NCBI RefSeq assembly: GCF_009914755.1
Contig: NC_060928.1
DNA length: 64,000 bases
Source: the human T2T-CHM13v2.0 reference genome, Homo sapiens
Direction: 5' to 3' (one strand)
Under the pieces are notes generated by a model. It was given only the letters and a program-made list of their open reading frames with translations. It had not been told where the DNA came from and did not search any database. This document shows, in pieces, positions 49,573 to 64,000 of the stretch (positions within the stretch are counted from its first letter, which is position 1; every line of letters starts with the position of its first letter). A program made the position numbers and the translations under genes.

Positions 49573-51275
49573 ATGGGCTGCAAAGTTTCTATTATATCTC
49601 AGAGCTCTCTGGAGCACATTCTGGATAGCCAGAAGGCTTATCAGCTAGTGATAAAAAAACAAACAAAAATAAAAAAACCTTACAGTAACACTTTTTGGCC
49701 TGTGTATAAATTGAAGGATGATGAATATTGGCCTTTAAACAGGAGCACCCAGGATTATGTCCTATGACAACTGGAATTGTTTTGTCACAGCTTCAGGAAA
49801 TGTGACGAAATGCTCTACACTTAGGCTTTCATGCTACTGCATAAAAAGGGCTAATGTCGGGAGATGGAATAGACTGCAGGCTGTACAGAAAAATGAGAAT
49901 AAAAGCTCTTCCCAAACCTGATAGTAAAAACCAGGAGGAAAAAAAACAACAAGATGGACCTCCTAAATATTTTGAACCTGCCTCTTCCAGCCTCCGCTCC
50001 AGCCATGCCTCTGCATGGCTCCAAGGCAGTCCTGGCAGCTGCTGCCCTGGCTATTGCCCAACCATTGCCCCAGCCGTGGATCTGGCTGTTGCTCTAGGGC
50101 TACCCTAGCAATGGCCCCAGGAGTTGCAGCTGTCACTCTAGCTGCTGCTCTGGTCACTCCATCCTCTGTTCCAGCAGTCCTTTTAATGGCCGCACTGGCC
50201 ACTGTGCTGGACCAAGCTGGTCCAACATTTCCATATGAGGCCCTAGACCTGGAAGTGGGGGCAACAGCCACATCCCAACACAGTAAGGGAATTGGAATGA
50301 TCTCCTCTGACAAGACCCAGTAAGACACCCAATTTGACCAGGGTAGCACTAGGACCAGAGTAGGGCAATATCAGCTCAGGCAGTACCCTATAAGTGGATT
50401 AAACCATGAAGGATGGTTTGGCTGGTATTATTGGGCTTACAGCCCATTTTCATCATCCAATCTATTGAATTAGAAAAGCTCCAACTGACCTTATAGAGAG
50501 GACCCACAGAAAAAGACTGAACTTTTTGCCGCTATCTTTATGACCTGCCAGGCCACCTGGGCAGATGTCCAGTCTCTTCTGTACATGCTCCTGAACACAG
50601 ATAAAAGGAGGTGGTAATAGACAAGGCAAATAAAGAAGCTTGGTATCTCCAGGAAAACCTAAATTGGACCCCTAACCCTACCAGGGCAGTTCTGGTTACA
50701 AACCCTAACTGGGACCCCAATGATGGGTTGTGACCTGACTGAAGCATTATAGAATATGCATCCTGCAGGGTCTCAGAAGTGGGGTGCCCAAACAAAAAGC
50801 TTAAATAAAATTCAGACAGTTATCCAAAAGGCACCTCTCTGAATTTTTGGAATGCATTTAAGAGGCCTACTCTAAATATACAGTTATAGACCCAGAGGTT
50901 CCCCAGATTGAGAATGCTATGATTTTCATTCAGCAGAATGACTCTGATGTAAAATGAAAATTTGAAAAGCAAGAAGGGTCACTGGAGATAAAACTCTCCT
51001 AGCTAATATTTCCTTCAGGATATGCTATGCTTGAGAAATGAAGACATTAAAATTATTAAAGACATACGTACAAATGGCGGGGAAAACTCTTGCCAAAGGA
51101 AGGATGGGAATTGGGGTAAAGCCTTAGGCCATAATCATTGCACTTACTATAGAGAAGAAGGCCACTGAATATCAGATTGCCCCCCAAAGAAAAAGACTCA
51201 AGGACCAGAAAAAGAAAGAACGTGTAGGGAGAAGGCCCACTTGCAGACAGTGGGACAGGATTATGACTCTGATAA
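49573..51275 (+). pseudogene. Gammaretrovirus-like gag pseudogene
   Basis: MGCKVS... MA 'NTFWPVYKLKDDEYWPLN...QLELFC', CA 'SPFSSSNLL...YREDPQK', 'TNPNWDPN', and degenerate knuckle CTYYREEGH*ISDCP (~51140-51185). Confidence 0.88.
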
Positions 51276-51279
51276 AGAA

Positions 51280-55127
<3,848 letters not shown>

Positions 55128-55142
55128 TACCCTTCTGTTACC

Positions 55143-56118
55143 ATGAAGTTCTTAATTAATTTTATAGTCATAAGTACATTCTTTATCTTTCTTAAAGCTA
55201 ACATTTTCACTGAATGGGCCAGATGGCGGCTTCCCTCCAGAATTAAGAAATACTGTTGGGTCTAAGGGAAACTACCATTTTTTTTTCCACCATAGGCTGT
55301 TTATGGTGCATACAAGCCATTAATGGGAGAACTTGGAGTTATTTTTATACTTAGGATGAGAGTTCTCATTTATTTCCCTTCTATAATTACAGTACCACTC
55401 ACCATGAGTTCCCCACCTTTGAGGAAACAAAGAAACATCTTTTTCATCTGGTCTGTAAACGAGTTAATGTCACTCCCACCATAAGTTATGCCACACATGA
55501 TGGCATAGGATGTCTAACAGCAGTGCAAATACAGGTAATGGATCAAGCACCACTGTGCATCAAGAGACACAATAGCAGCACACTCCAAACTATCACCCAT
55601 AATATGGAATGACTTCCTCATCAACAATTTAACCAAACCTTCCAACTGATTGACAATGTGTGGCTAAAGTGGCAGAGTAGCTCTCATCTACCTGGTGGGG
55701 CCTATCATTCCCCCCTGGGATTGGTTATGGGTCTGCAGCATGCATGATTGGCCTTACCCTAAAACTGAACTTCCAGATGCACCTGGGGTTGACCCTACCT
55801 ACCAAGATGCATTCTTCCTCATTTAGACACTCTCCCTAGCATCTGGCAAGTATAAAGGCCAGGCACCACAGAAATGGGCATCCTGGTGGATTTATCCACT
55901 AGCCGTATTTTCTCCCTGGGGTGACCATGGATGTAGAATTACAGGTGGAGGCCCTGGCTAAGCAGATGGCTGCTTTCTTTAATAACACCTGCCAAAACAT
56001 CACCCCTTTTACTGAAAACAAAAACAAAACCTTACAGATTATGCAAATTGCCTTACAAAACTATGACCTTAGATATACTGTCTGCAGCCCAAAGCAGCTC
56101 TTGTACATTAATTGAGAC
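55143..56118 (+). pseudogene. env pseudogene, truncated in TM
   Basis: Signal peptide-like MKFLINFIVISTFFIFLKANIFTEWA, a CWV motif, TM heptad 'VELQVEALAKQMAAFFNNT' and a frameshifted ISD 'ALQN...[16 protein letters not shown]'. Confidence 0.82.
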
Positions 56119-56530
56119 ATAGCATTCCCTCTAAGAACTGGAACAAGACAAGGATGCCCACTTTCACTACTCCTATTTAACACAGTACTGAAAGTCCTAG
56201 CCAGAGCAATCAGGTAAGAAAAAATAAATAAATAAAAGACATCCAAATTGGAAAAGAGAAGGTCAAATTGTCTCTATCTGCAGACAACATGATCTTATAT
56301 ATAGAAAAACCTAGATTCCACCAAGAAACCCTTAGAATTGATAAATGAATTCAGTAAAGTTGTGAGATACACAATCAACATAGAAAAATCAGTAGTATTT
56401 TTATAAACCAATAACGAATGAGCTGAAAAAGAAATAAAGAAAGCAATTTCATTTGCAATAGCTAAAGAAATACCTAGAAAGAAATTTAACCACGGAGGTA
56501 AAAAATTTCTACAAGGAAAACTTTATAAAA
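56119..56530 (+). mobile_element. Internal L1 ORF2 (RT) fragment
   Basis: GCATTCCCTCTAAGAACTGGAACAAGACAAGGATGCCCACTTTC (GTRQGCPLS)...GCAGACAACATGATC; no 3'UTR or tail. Confidence 0.9.
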
Positions 56531-57157
56531 CGCTAATATTAAAATGCTAATATTATTTTATTATGGATTTCCAGTGAACTCAATTACTCCTAATAGTTTT
56601 TGTATCAGTCATTTGCTTGCATTCTGAATCATAATAAAATAATATTCAGTAGAATTTTTCTTCTATCAATATCTGAATAGATATTTTTTCTGACCAACTT
56701 CCTTTTGAGAACAGTTAGTAAAAGAATAATAGAAAGAGATGGGGAGAGTGTGTTAAGGTATTAACAGTAATAAAAATCAGTGATAGGAGTCCTCTTATTT
56801 TTTTTAGAAGGTCTCATCATAAAGCTTCATGATAGTAGAGGGTATGATGAACTGCTACAGATTGACTCTATTTTATTTTTAATATCTGAATGCATTTGTT
56901 TATATAACCATTTTAATAGTTTTTCTAGGAAAAAAATTTAATTATTGATTGTTTTCTTCAGGTGATAACATTTCTTAAAATAGCATAAAAATGTGACTGT
57001 TTTTACTTCCATTCTGGTATTTCCATCTTGATCATCACCTTTCCCTGTACATTTTTCTGAAGTTCTCAGAATGATTTAACCTTGCCTTGAAAGTTTAGGA
57101 TATATTACATATCCATCTTTTGAATATCTGTAAAAGTTTACTAATAGCATTAGTTTG

Positions 57158-57520
57158 TGATATGGTTTGGCTCTGTGTCCTCACCCAAATTTCATCTTGA
57201 ATTTTACTCCCGTAATTCCCATGTGTTGCTGGAGGGACCCAGTGGGAGACAATTTGAATCACAGGGGTGATTTTCCCCACACTGTTCTAGTGGTAGTGAG
57301 TAAGTCTCATGAGATCTTACGGTTTTTTCAGGGGTTTCCTCTTTCGCATCTTCCTCATTTTCTCTTGCTGCCACCATGTAAAAAGTGTCTGCCAACTCCC
57401 ACCATTATTCTGAGGCCTTGCCAGCCATATAAGTTAATTGAACTGTAAGTCCAATTAAACCTCTTTTTCTTCCTAGTCTTGGGTATGTCTTTATCAGCAG
57501 TGTGAAAATGAACTAATACA
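57158..57520 (+). mobile_element. THE1 (A/B-like) 5' LTR
   Basis: TGATATGGTTTGGCTCTGTGTCC...GGGTATGTCTTTATCAGCAGTGTGAAAATGAACTAATACA. Confidence 0.93.
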
Positions 57521-58445
57521 GTAAATTGATAGCAGCAGAGTGGGTTGTTGCTGAAAAGATACCTGAAAATGTGGGAGCAACTTTGGAACTGGGTAACAGG
57601 TAGAGGTTGGAACAGTTTGGAGGGCTCAGAAGAAGACAGGAACGTGTGGGAAAGTTTGGACCTTCCTAGAGACTTGTTGAATGGCTTTGAACCAAAATGC
57701 TGATAATGATATGGAAAACGAAATCCAGGCTGATTTGGTCTCAGATGGAGAGGAGGAACTTGTTGGGACCTGGAGCAAAGGTGACTCTTATTATGTTTTA
57801 GCAAAGAGACTAGTGGCATTTTGCCCCTGCCCTAGAGATTTGTGGAACCTTCAGCTTGAGAGAGATGATGTAAGGTATCTGGTGGAAGAAATTTCTAAGC
57901 AGCAAAGCATTCACGAGGTGACTTGTGTGCAGTTAAAGGCATTCAGTTTTATAAGGGAAGCAGAGCATAAAAGTTCAGAAAATTTGCAGCCGAACAATGT
58001 GATAGAAAAAAAAAAAAACCATTCTCTGAGGAGAAATTCAAGCCAGCTGCAGAAATTTACCTAAGTAAGGAGGAGCTGAATGTTAACTCCAAGACAATGG
58101 GGAAAATGTCTCCAGGGCATGTCAGCGGTCTTCAAGGCAGCCCCTCCCTTCATAGGCCCAGATGCCTAGCAGAAAATGGTTTTGTGGACTAGGCCCAGGG
58201 TCCCCTGCTGTGTGCAGCCTAGGGACTTGGTACCCTCTGTCCCAGCCACTCTGAACCATGGCTGAAAAGGGCCAACTTGGAGCTTGGGCTGTGGCTTCAG
58301 AGGGTGGAAGCCCCAAGCCTTGGCAGCTTCCATGTGGTGTTGAGTGTGTAAGTGCTCAGAAGTCAAGAATTGGGGTGTGGGAACCTCGGTCAAGGTTTCA
58401 GTATATGTATGGATACTCCTGGATGCCCAGGCAGAAGTTTGCCCA
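57521..58445 (+). mobile_element. THE1 internal sequence, 3'-truncated
   Basis: GTAAATTG...GAAAAGATACCTGAAAATGTGG...; ORF 57681..58064 'QNADNDMENEIQA...WSKGDS.Y.LAKRLVAFCPCPRDLWN' is the THE1-int ORF. Confidence 0.92.
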
Positions 58446-60217
58446 GCGGATTGGTTGAACGAGGTGTGCCATTTACATAGCCTGTGAAAAGACTGGCTCT
58501 CCCAACCTAGTCTTTTATGATCTCTGTCATAATTTCTTATTATAAAAATCTAAAAGTGGATGATTCATTTTTAGATGATATATTGACTGAGTAAAATTTA
58601 TTCATCTTTCCTTTACTTTTCTATATGATGGTCATGAACCACATGTGGATACTTAGATGGAGATTAACTTTTTATTACACAGGACAGCCCGTATATGGAA
58701 CATTTTCATCATCACAGAAATTCCCATGCGAGAGCATCCAAGTTTATATTACTTCTACTGGAAATTGTATATTTAAATTTATGGCCTTAAATCCCATTAC
58801 TCAAAATATTAGTAGTCTAGTCTTTCCACATATATTTAACTAAGAACTTTTTAGATTAAGTATATATTTATAAATATTAAAAAAGCAACATAAGAAATAA
58901 AAGCACTCTTGCTAATTTCTCTTCTGAAAAATTTATATTTAAAAGAATTTCTTCAAAACATATTAAATGATTTATTGTTAACTTTTTTTTTTAATTTTCA
59001 AAGAGAATATACTTATTTAGCACAGGTAGACATGAATACTGTCTAGAAATTTTATCTCGTTAGAAAGATTTCAGTAATTAGCATTTGAGAAGCAAGATGT
59101 ATGCCTAAATAGAGAAAGTATCTTTACTTAAATTTGTTTGTAATAATTAATGAATTATGTTGAATAATTTACCTGAGGGTAATTTTGTAGCTATTATAAA
59201 AATATATAGAGGTTATATGGGACTGAAACCACACCTAGTTGAATGTTATTCATTACAAATTTTTATTTAAATGTCTGTTGATCACAGCATACAATGTCCT
59301 TTTTTTCTCTATATTCTCCTGATAGAAGATTCATTATTCATTTACTCAGCCATTTATTAAACAAAGTGTATTAAAATCCACTGAGAAAGCATTGCAAGGG
59401 ATATGAATATTAAATCACAGATATTCAGATATAGAACTATTTCTTGAAATTCCTATAATCATGTATTCAGGTTAAAGTATATAAACACACACACATACAC
59501 ACTTTAAATAGGAAAAGATAAGTGTGACAAGTAAAAGGCAAATGATTAAAGGGTAGTGAGGCAAGACAATACAGTAAATCTGTGAGAGTATTAAGTAGTA
59601 CATTTTATAAATTCAAAGGAAGATTTTTGACGGCAAATAAATTTGAGCTGGAACAGCATTAAATAGACTTCTATAACATTTGTAAGATAAAAATAGGCTC
59701 AATTTGTGTTTAATTAAATTTTGTAAATTAAAGAGATAATTGCTACTAATTCTAACATATCCATTCTTTGTATATTTCCAGAAGCATAGGAAAGAATTCC
59801 TGATTTTTCTAACACTATTCTTCACCTTGTATCTCTTATTTAGTGGTTTAAGACAGAAAGTCCAGTTACTTTACATTCTTTCTTATCACTGATTCTTAAT
59901 AATACATTAATCCTTAAGTCTTATTGCATCAAAGTTCTAAATCTCTCTGAAACCTGTCTAGTCTCCTTTCTCCTCATTGCCTTTATTTTATTTCATGTCG
60001 TGGTTATTTCTTGGCTGACTTACTACCAACTTATTTTAGCTGAATTCCTGGACTTCAAAACAAGTTCATTACCTCTGGTGTTTCTACACTTGAACGCAAT
60101 GGTTAACAGATTTTGTAATGTCCATTTTGCTCTACCATGGATATGAAGTTGCGATTATATTAAGAAATTGCTGAGAAACAGTAGGCTTTCCCCAGCAACA
60201 AGTGTATTTAGCTTGAA

Positions 60218-60715
60218 CCAGTTTTCCATTTAGACAAAAAAGTACAGCTCACTGACAGCACTCATTTGATTTTACATAAACTTGCTCTTTGAGGCTGAAG
60301 CAAATATGACTGATTTTCAATGTAGAATAAAATATAAAAACTGTTCTTGGAGTTATTTCTAGACAGAACTAATGTCAGAATCATCAGAATCAACCATTTT
60401 GGAAAATCGGATTCATCAGATGAATCCGGCCAACAACTGTTCAAGAACAATGTTAACATCACACGTAGGAATGCTACATTTCCTAGCAGTTGACATTTTC
60501 AGTGATCAAGAATTACTATATTTTTGTAAATGAAAATACTACTACTAAAAACAGGATGCTATAAATATAATGATGTCTTTTGTTTCCAGATCAATATACT
60601 AGTGCGATGCAAAAATAATTATCAAAGTAAGATGTTTTGTGGAAAGTTATCTCGGGGTAAATGCTGCAGCTGCAAATGCTGCTGGTGAGTATTCTTGGGG
60701 CAAACAGCAAATGGG
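60218..60715 (-). mobile_element. MER75 piggyBac-family MITE, near full length
   Basis: Right end GAGTATTCTTGGGGCAAACAGCAAATGGG-TTAG and left end TGAA-CCAGTTTTCCATTT are degenerate TTAA-CCC termini. The internal sequence matches MER75 as recalled. Confidence 0.88.
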
Positions 60716-61194
60716 TTAGAGAATAATAAAGAGAAGACAACAGCAATGCTTTCCAGAAGGTAGTCTAGGCACAGCTTCAGATAACTGAGCCACACCAATT
60801 TGAGACCTGTACTAATGAGCGACAAGACTGGTTAGACACAAACTATGTTAGCTCAGAGAAGGTATTTTGTGGATTATTTAATTTTTTATAGTGAGCTGAA
60901 CACTTGGCCCCTTCAGGAATAGAACTATCTTATTCTCTGGTGCAGAGGCATATTATCAATTCTGGTTATTCTTTACATAATAAATTATCTTAACAAATGA
61001 GAGACACATGTTTGTTTCTAGAATATAGTCCTTAAGTAGACTTGTAACTATTTTAAATCTTATATGGTCAGCTCTCCATATCTCCAGCACATTGGTTCCA
61101 GGACACCTGAACATGCCAGAATCTATCAATGCACGTTTCATATATAAAATGTCCTAGTACACTTGGCCATGAAAGAGGCCACACCTATTTACAG

Positions 61195-63480
61195 TTCAAA
61201 TGTTAAGCTGCAGATTTCTCTCCATGTAGTTTTATCTGCATCTCATTGTGATATGCATGTTTTTATTGTCATTCAATTCAAAATATATTTTAAAGATTTT
61301 ATTTGCCATTTACTTTTGGACATGACTTCTTTGAATTGTATTTTTCATTTCCAAATGTCTGGGATTTTTCACCAGTGTTTGTTTTTTTTTTTTTTCACTT
61401 CTACATTAATTCCATCATGGTCACAGTACACACACTGCAATTTTTTATTATTTTTAATCTCATTATGATGTCTATGGCTCAATTTATGGCCTATACTGAT
61501 GAATGTTCTATGTGCAATTAAAGAGGATCTATAGTCTACATTTGTTGATGTAATGTTGTATATATGTTAAATAGAAAATGTAGGCAAATAGTGATTTTTA
61601 AATACCCACACTATTGTTAACGTCCTTTATACATGTTCTACCAATTGGTGAGGAAAGAGTTGTGAATTATACAAATGTAATTGTGGATTTTTCTATTTCT
61701 TCTTTTAATTCTGCAGGTCTGCTTTTTTGTCTGTTTTTCGTGTATGTTGAAAGTATCATTACATGCCTACACATTTAAAACAGTTAATATTTTTGATAAA
61801 TTGCTTTCTTTATTATGTTACAATTTACATTACAAATTATAAAATGTTCCCTTTTATACCTGTCATGTTTGTTGTTTCGAATTTTGTTTGCATAATATTA
61901 GTATAACCTTGTTGCTTTTAAATTTTTTTGTGTTGAAAGGATTCATCTCTTTTTATTCTTTACTTTTAACTTCTATCTCTATATTTAGTTTTTACCTTAG
62001 AGGTAGTACAAAGTTGGGTCATGTTTGTTACTAACTGATAATCTCAACATAATTTTTGTGTCCCAGAGCATTTACATTTAGTGTATTTCTTAGATGGTTG
62101 GTTTCGATCATTTACCTGGCAAATTTTTATTATTTGTTCCATTTGTTGTTTTTTATTTGCTCTTTCTCTGTCTTCTTTTTGCATTCCATTTTGTCTTTAC
62201 AATTCCTTGGTTTTATTACTTTAATAGTTGCTGTAAGGTTTAGCATATGCATCATTAACTTATCATAGTTTGACTTAAAGTAATATTGCATTGCCTTACA
62301 GCCGTATACTTTCTTTTCTCCCTCCAAGTCCTTTATACCACTGCCGTCATACATATTTTATAAATACAATGGTAAATTGTTATTTTTTGCTTTAAGATTA
62401 AGCCCAAATTTATAAAGGAAAGTAAATATTTTATATTCAACCACATATTTGTCATTTTAGTCCTTCTTCATTTGTATGTATCCAAGTGTCCGTATAAATT
62501 ATATTTTTATCTAATAAATTTAATTATTTCTTGTATGAAAACTCTTATAAAATGGTCTTAGCTTTTGTTTATCTAAAAATATCTTTACATTTTATTTTTG
62601 AAGAAGTCTATATCTCAATGTAGACTGTAACTAGGCTTTTATTTTTTCTTTGATAAAATTCTATTGAATTCTGTCTTATGTAGTTTCTAGTGAGATATAT
62701 ATGCTCTTATTTTTCTCCTATATATAATTTGTATTTGTTTTTGGGGGGGTGTTTTAAAAATGTTTCCTTTTATGATTTAAGAAATGATTTCCTTGTGAAG
62801 TTTCTTCATTTTCAATTCTTGGTGTTTATCATTCTTGGGATTGTTTTGTAGGTTATTTTTCAATAAATGTGTAAGATTTTGGCCATATTTCTTCAAATAT
62901 TTTTCTGCCATATACTTTTTTAAAATGATATTTAACATATATTTGACTACTTGGTATAGTTTCACAGGTCACTATGTATTTATTTTGTTCATTATTTTTC
63001 TCTGAGTTTTAGTTTGGATTGATTATATTGCCATTGTCTTCAAACTCATTTTTTCCGTTTTGCATTATCTATCATTAGTCTATTTACTAAAACTTTTATT
63101 TTCATATATGTATTCATCCTTTTCAGAAATTCCAGTTGGTTCTCTTCTTTTACTGTTCACCTTTTTTCCTTGTTTTATTTATGTTTTTTAAAAAATTATT
63201 GAGCATATTTATATTATATGTTTCAAAGTTCCTACCTGCTTTTTTTCACCATGTTTGATATTTTAGGGTCTATTTCTATTAACAGATTCTTCTGCTTATA
63301 GGTCAAATATTCCTGCTCCTTCACATGTCTAGTAATTTTTGGATGCCATGTATGATTTGTTCATTGTCAAACGCTAGATATGTTTACTTTATTTAAGTAT
63401 TGTTAAAGATTTTAAAAATCTTCCATGGAGTTATTTGCAATCAATTCATTAACTTGATCCTTTCAAGGCTCATATTTATA
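61195..63480 (-). mobile_element. Degenerate L1M (EN, inter-ORF and ORF1 region)
   Basis: T-rich antisense L1 texture (TCATTCAATTCAAAATATT...AATTGTGGATTTTTCTATTTCT...TTTCTTCAAATATTTTTTCTGCC). Confidence 0.7.
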
Positions 63481-63482
63481 CA

Positions 63483-63965
63483 TTGTTTCATTTACTGTTG
63501 CTATATAACGAACCTCTCTGAAATGTAGTGGGCTGCTCTGCTCTGCCTATGGAATAGCCATTCCTTTATCCCTTTAGTTTCCTAATAAGCTTGCCTTCAC
63601 ATAAAAAATTAAATTTGGTGGTATAAAATTACCATTTTATTATGCTCATTGCTTCTGTTGGCTAGAAATTCAGAAATGATTCAGTTGTGCAACTATTAAT
63701 TGAAGTTACTCATGCAATCTTTGCAAATGTTGCTTAGGGTTGCATTCTTTTGAGGAGTTTTTTTAGTTGGACATCCCAGGTAGCTCACTCATATGGTTGG
63801 GTTTCTGTTGGGGAATCAGCTGAGATTGACACTTGAGGTATTTAGATGTGGCCTCTTTGGCATGATGGTCCCAAATTAGTCAAACTTCTTACCTGATGTC
63901 TATGTTGCCCCAGAATGAACATACCAAGGAAACAAGGTTTTTTTTCATCGTGTGTGCTACATTTT
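63483..63965 (-). mobile_element. Old MLT1 (F/G/H-like) LTR
   Basis: CTGTTGCTATATAAC...CCATTTTATTATGCTCA...CTCACTCATATGG...ATGTGGCCTCT...CAAACTTCTTAC. Confidence 0.65.
63532..63610 (+). mobile_element. Short polyadenylated ERV1 LTR R-region fragment inserted in MLT1
   Basis: CTGCTCTGCCTATGGAATAGCCATTCCTTTATCCCTTTAGTTTCCTAATAAGCTTGCCTTCAC followed by an A-rich tail; flanked by AAATGTAGTGG / AAATTTGGTGG. Confidence 0.75.
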
Positions 63966-64000
63966 TGTTATAAGTGAGCTACTAAGGCTACATTATATTG

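Overview
This is AT-rich, CpG-depleted primate (most likely human) genomic DNA, not prokaryotic. It is dominated by interspersed repeats: L1s of several ages, five or six Alus, MaLR LTRs (MST, MLT1, THE1), ERVL pieces, MIR/L2/MER5 and a MER75 piggyBac MITE. It holds three decayed class I endogenous retroviruses. The first is a minus-strand MER4-group gag-pro-RT relic (~5.1-7.8 kb) split by L1s. The second is a minus-strand HERV9/LTR12 provirus (41.3-47.3 kb) cut off inside integrase. The third is a plus-strand gag-pro-pol-env provirus with a MER66-like LTR and an apparent tRNA-Met primer-binding site (47.8-56.1 kb). The last two sit head-to-head, with their 5' LTRs about 0.5 kb apart. I could not identify any intact host protein-coding gene, RNA gene or CRISPR array; almost all listed ORFs are retroelement remnants or chance ORFs. 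I found no convincing new biological system. The best leads are the divergent LTR pair, the Met-primed provirus, several local duplications and unusual junctions, an L1-processed LTR fragment and two weak exon-like unique segments. Repeat subfamily names come from recognising consensus sequences by eye and need Dfam/RepeatMasker confirmation. Boundaries of old elements are approximate.
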